A stretch of DNA of 64,000 bases, taken from positions 124,001 to 188,000 of the forward strand of contig JAPEUD010000032.1 in NCBI GenBank assembly GCA_026026165.1, read 5' to 3'. Origin of the DNA: Sarea resinae (taxonomy: Eukaryota). Under the pieces are notes generated by a model. The model did no database searches, had not been told where the DNA came from, and saw only the letters and a list, made by a program, of their open reading frames with translations. The position numbers and the translations under genes were made by a program. This document shows positions 63,133 through 64,000 of this stretch, piece by piece. Position 1 is the stretch's first letter; every line of letters starts with the position of its first letter.

Positions 63133-64000
63133 CTTTCACGTGACACAGGCTGCCGTATGAATCATGATATCCTAGTCGATGCTGCTACCAGTCTACGATC
63201 GCAGGCTGAAGACCAACCAAAATTTCGTCATTAGTTACAGCCTATAGATACGAGGCATATCCGACTTCATGCGAGCTGAAAGATCAATTGGATAATTCAT
63301 GATCGATTGCAGTCTGTCCACTCGTGACTACGATACGTGCATACGAAAACATGCATCGGAGTACAGTTCACGCGCGACCGAAGAGAGGAAAACAGAAGCA
63401 AAGCGGTAGTCCCGCGGAGAGGCCCGTGCTGGTGCTGGTGCGGAAGGTACCGCCGGCAGATCAAACTGTCACCTAACACCTACTAGGTACTAAACTACCT
63501 CTGTTGTTGTTGAACGCGGTGAACCGATCCGCCCGCTGTTCTATTTAGCATTGCTCGAGGAATGCTTCCGTTGTGGGATGATCGGCCCTTTGCAGGCCAG
63601 GGGCTGCCGTAGAGTACCTTATTACCAGCTATGTAGTCTTCGAATCCGAGGACGAAAGAACCGAATTAGCCAAAACAATCCGGAAGAGCTTGCGGCTTTT
63701 CCTCTGCGCTACGACGGGCACTACTCCTGTGATCGGCGGGGATGATACATCGTAGACTGATGGATCATGTATCAATCCCTGAACGAGATACATCCTGCAG
63801 CATGCATACATGAGATACATGAGATGCGATGCCCGCTCTGCGTCGCTGATGCGTCCTCGGCCGAGCTGCTGAACGCCAAGTTTGGTCTTACTTGGTCTTA
63901 CGTCGTGTGTTCTGTCAGACCTGACGGCGCTGTCGTGTCGTGTCGGGTGGTCGTGTCGGGTCCCTTAAGGACCGACCGTCCGCGATGTGGTGCATCATTT

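Overview
Eukaryotic nuclear DNA from a filamentous ascomycete (Pezizomycotina). Evidence: short GT..CTRAC..YAG spliceosomal introns, fungal gene families (Zn2Cys6 UaY, PTH11-like receptor, NRPS-like A-T-R) and intron-containing tRNAs. I resolved about 20 protein-coding loci by manual splicing. They are a homeobox/C2H2 TF, MSS116, a PLAC8 protein, a hypothetical protein, RPB5, a BFR1-like protein, an SDR, an AKTIP/FTS-like UEV, an MFS transporter, UaY, an MTG2/Obg GTPase, a PTH11-like receptor, a single-TM protein, a CYSTM protein, two paralogous C2H2 genes, a JMJD5-like JmjC, a CUE-AlkB-GRF protein and an NRPS-like reductase. There are also two tRNAs (Glu-CTC, Gly-GCC), one repeat-protein pseudogene and many microsatellite or TpA-rich islands. 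Three observations stand out. (1) A mirror-symmetric 7.6 kb block, C2H2-A <- JmjC -> <- AlkB C2H2-B ->, in which the two C2H2 genes are inverted paralogs with matching intron positions. (2) In C2H2-A the first zinc finger is broken at its structural positions, each by a codon one C->T(U) change away from a functional residue, as if C-to-U editing or deamination could switch it on. (3) A disrupted ORF at 17-18 kb is built of ~165-bp repeats encoding an array of VxxLAARF(Q/E) helical motifs. All functional interpretations of these three are hypotheses; no searches or computations were run.
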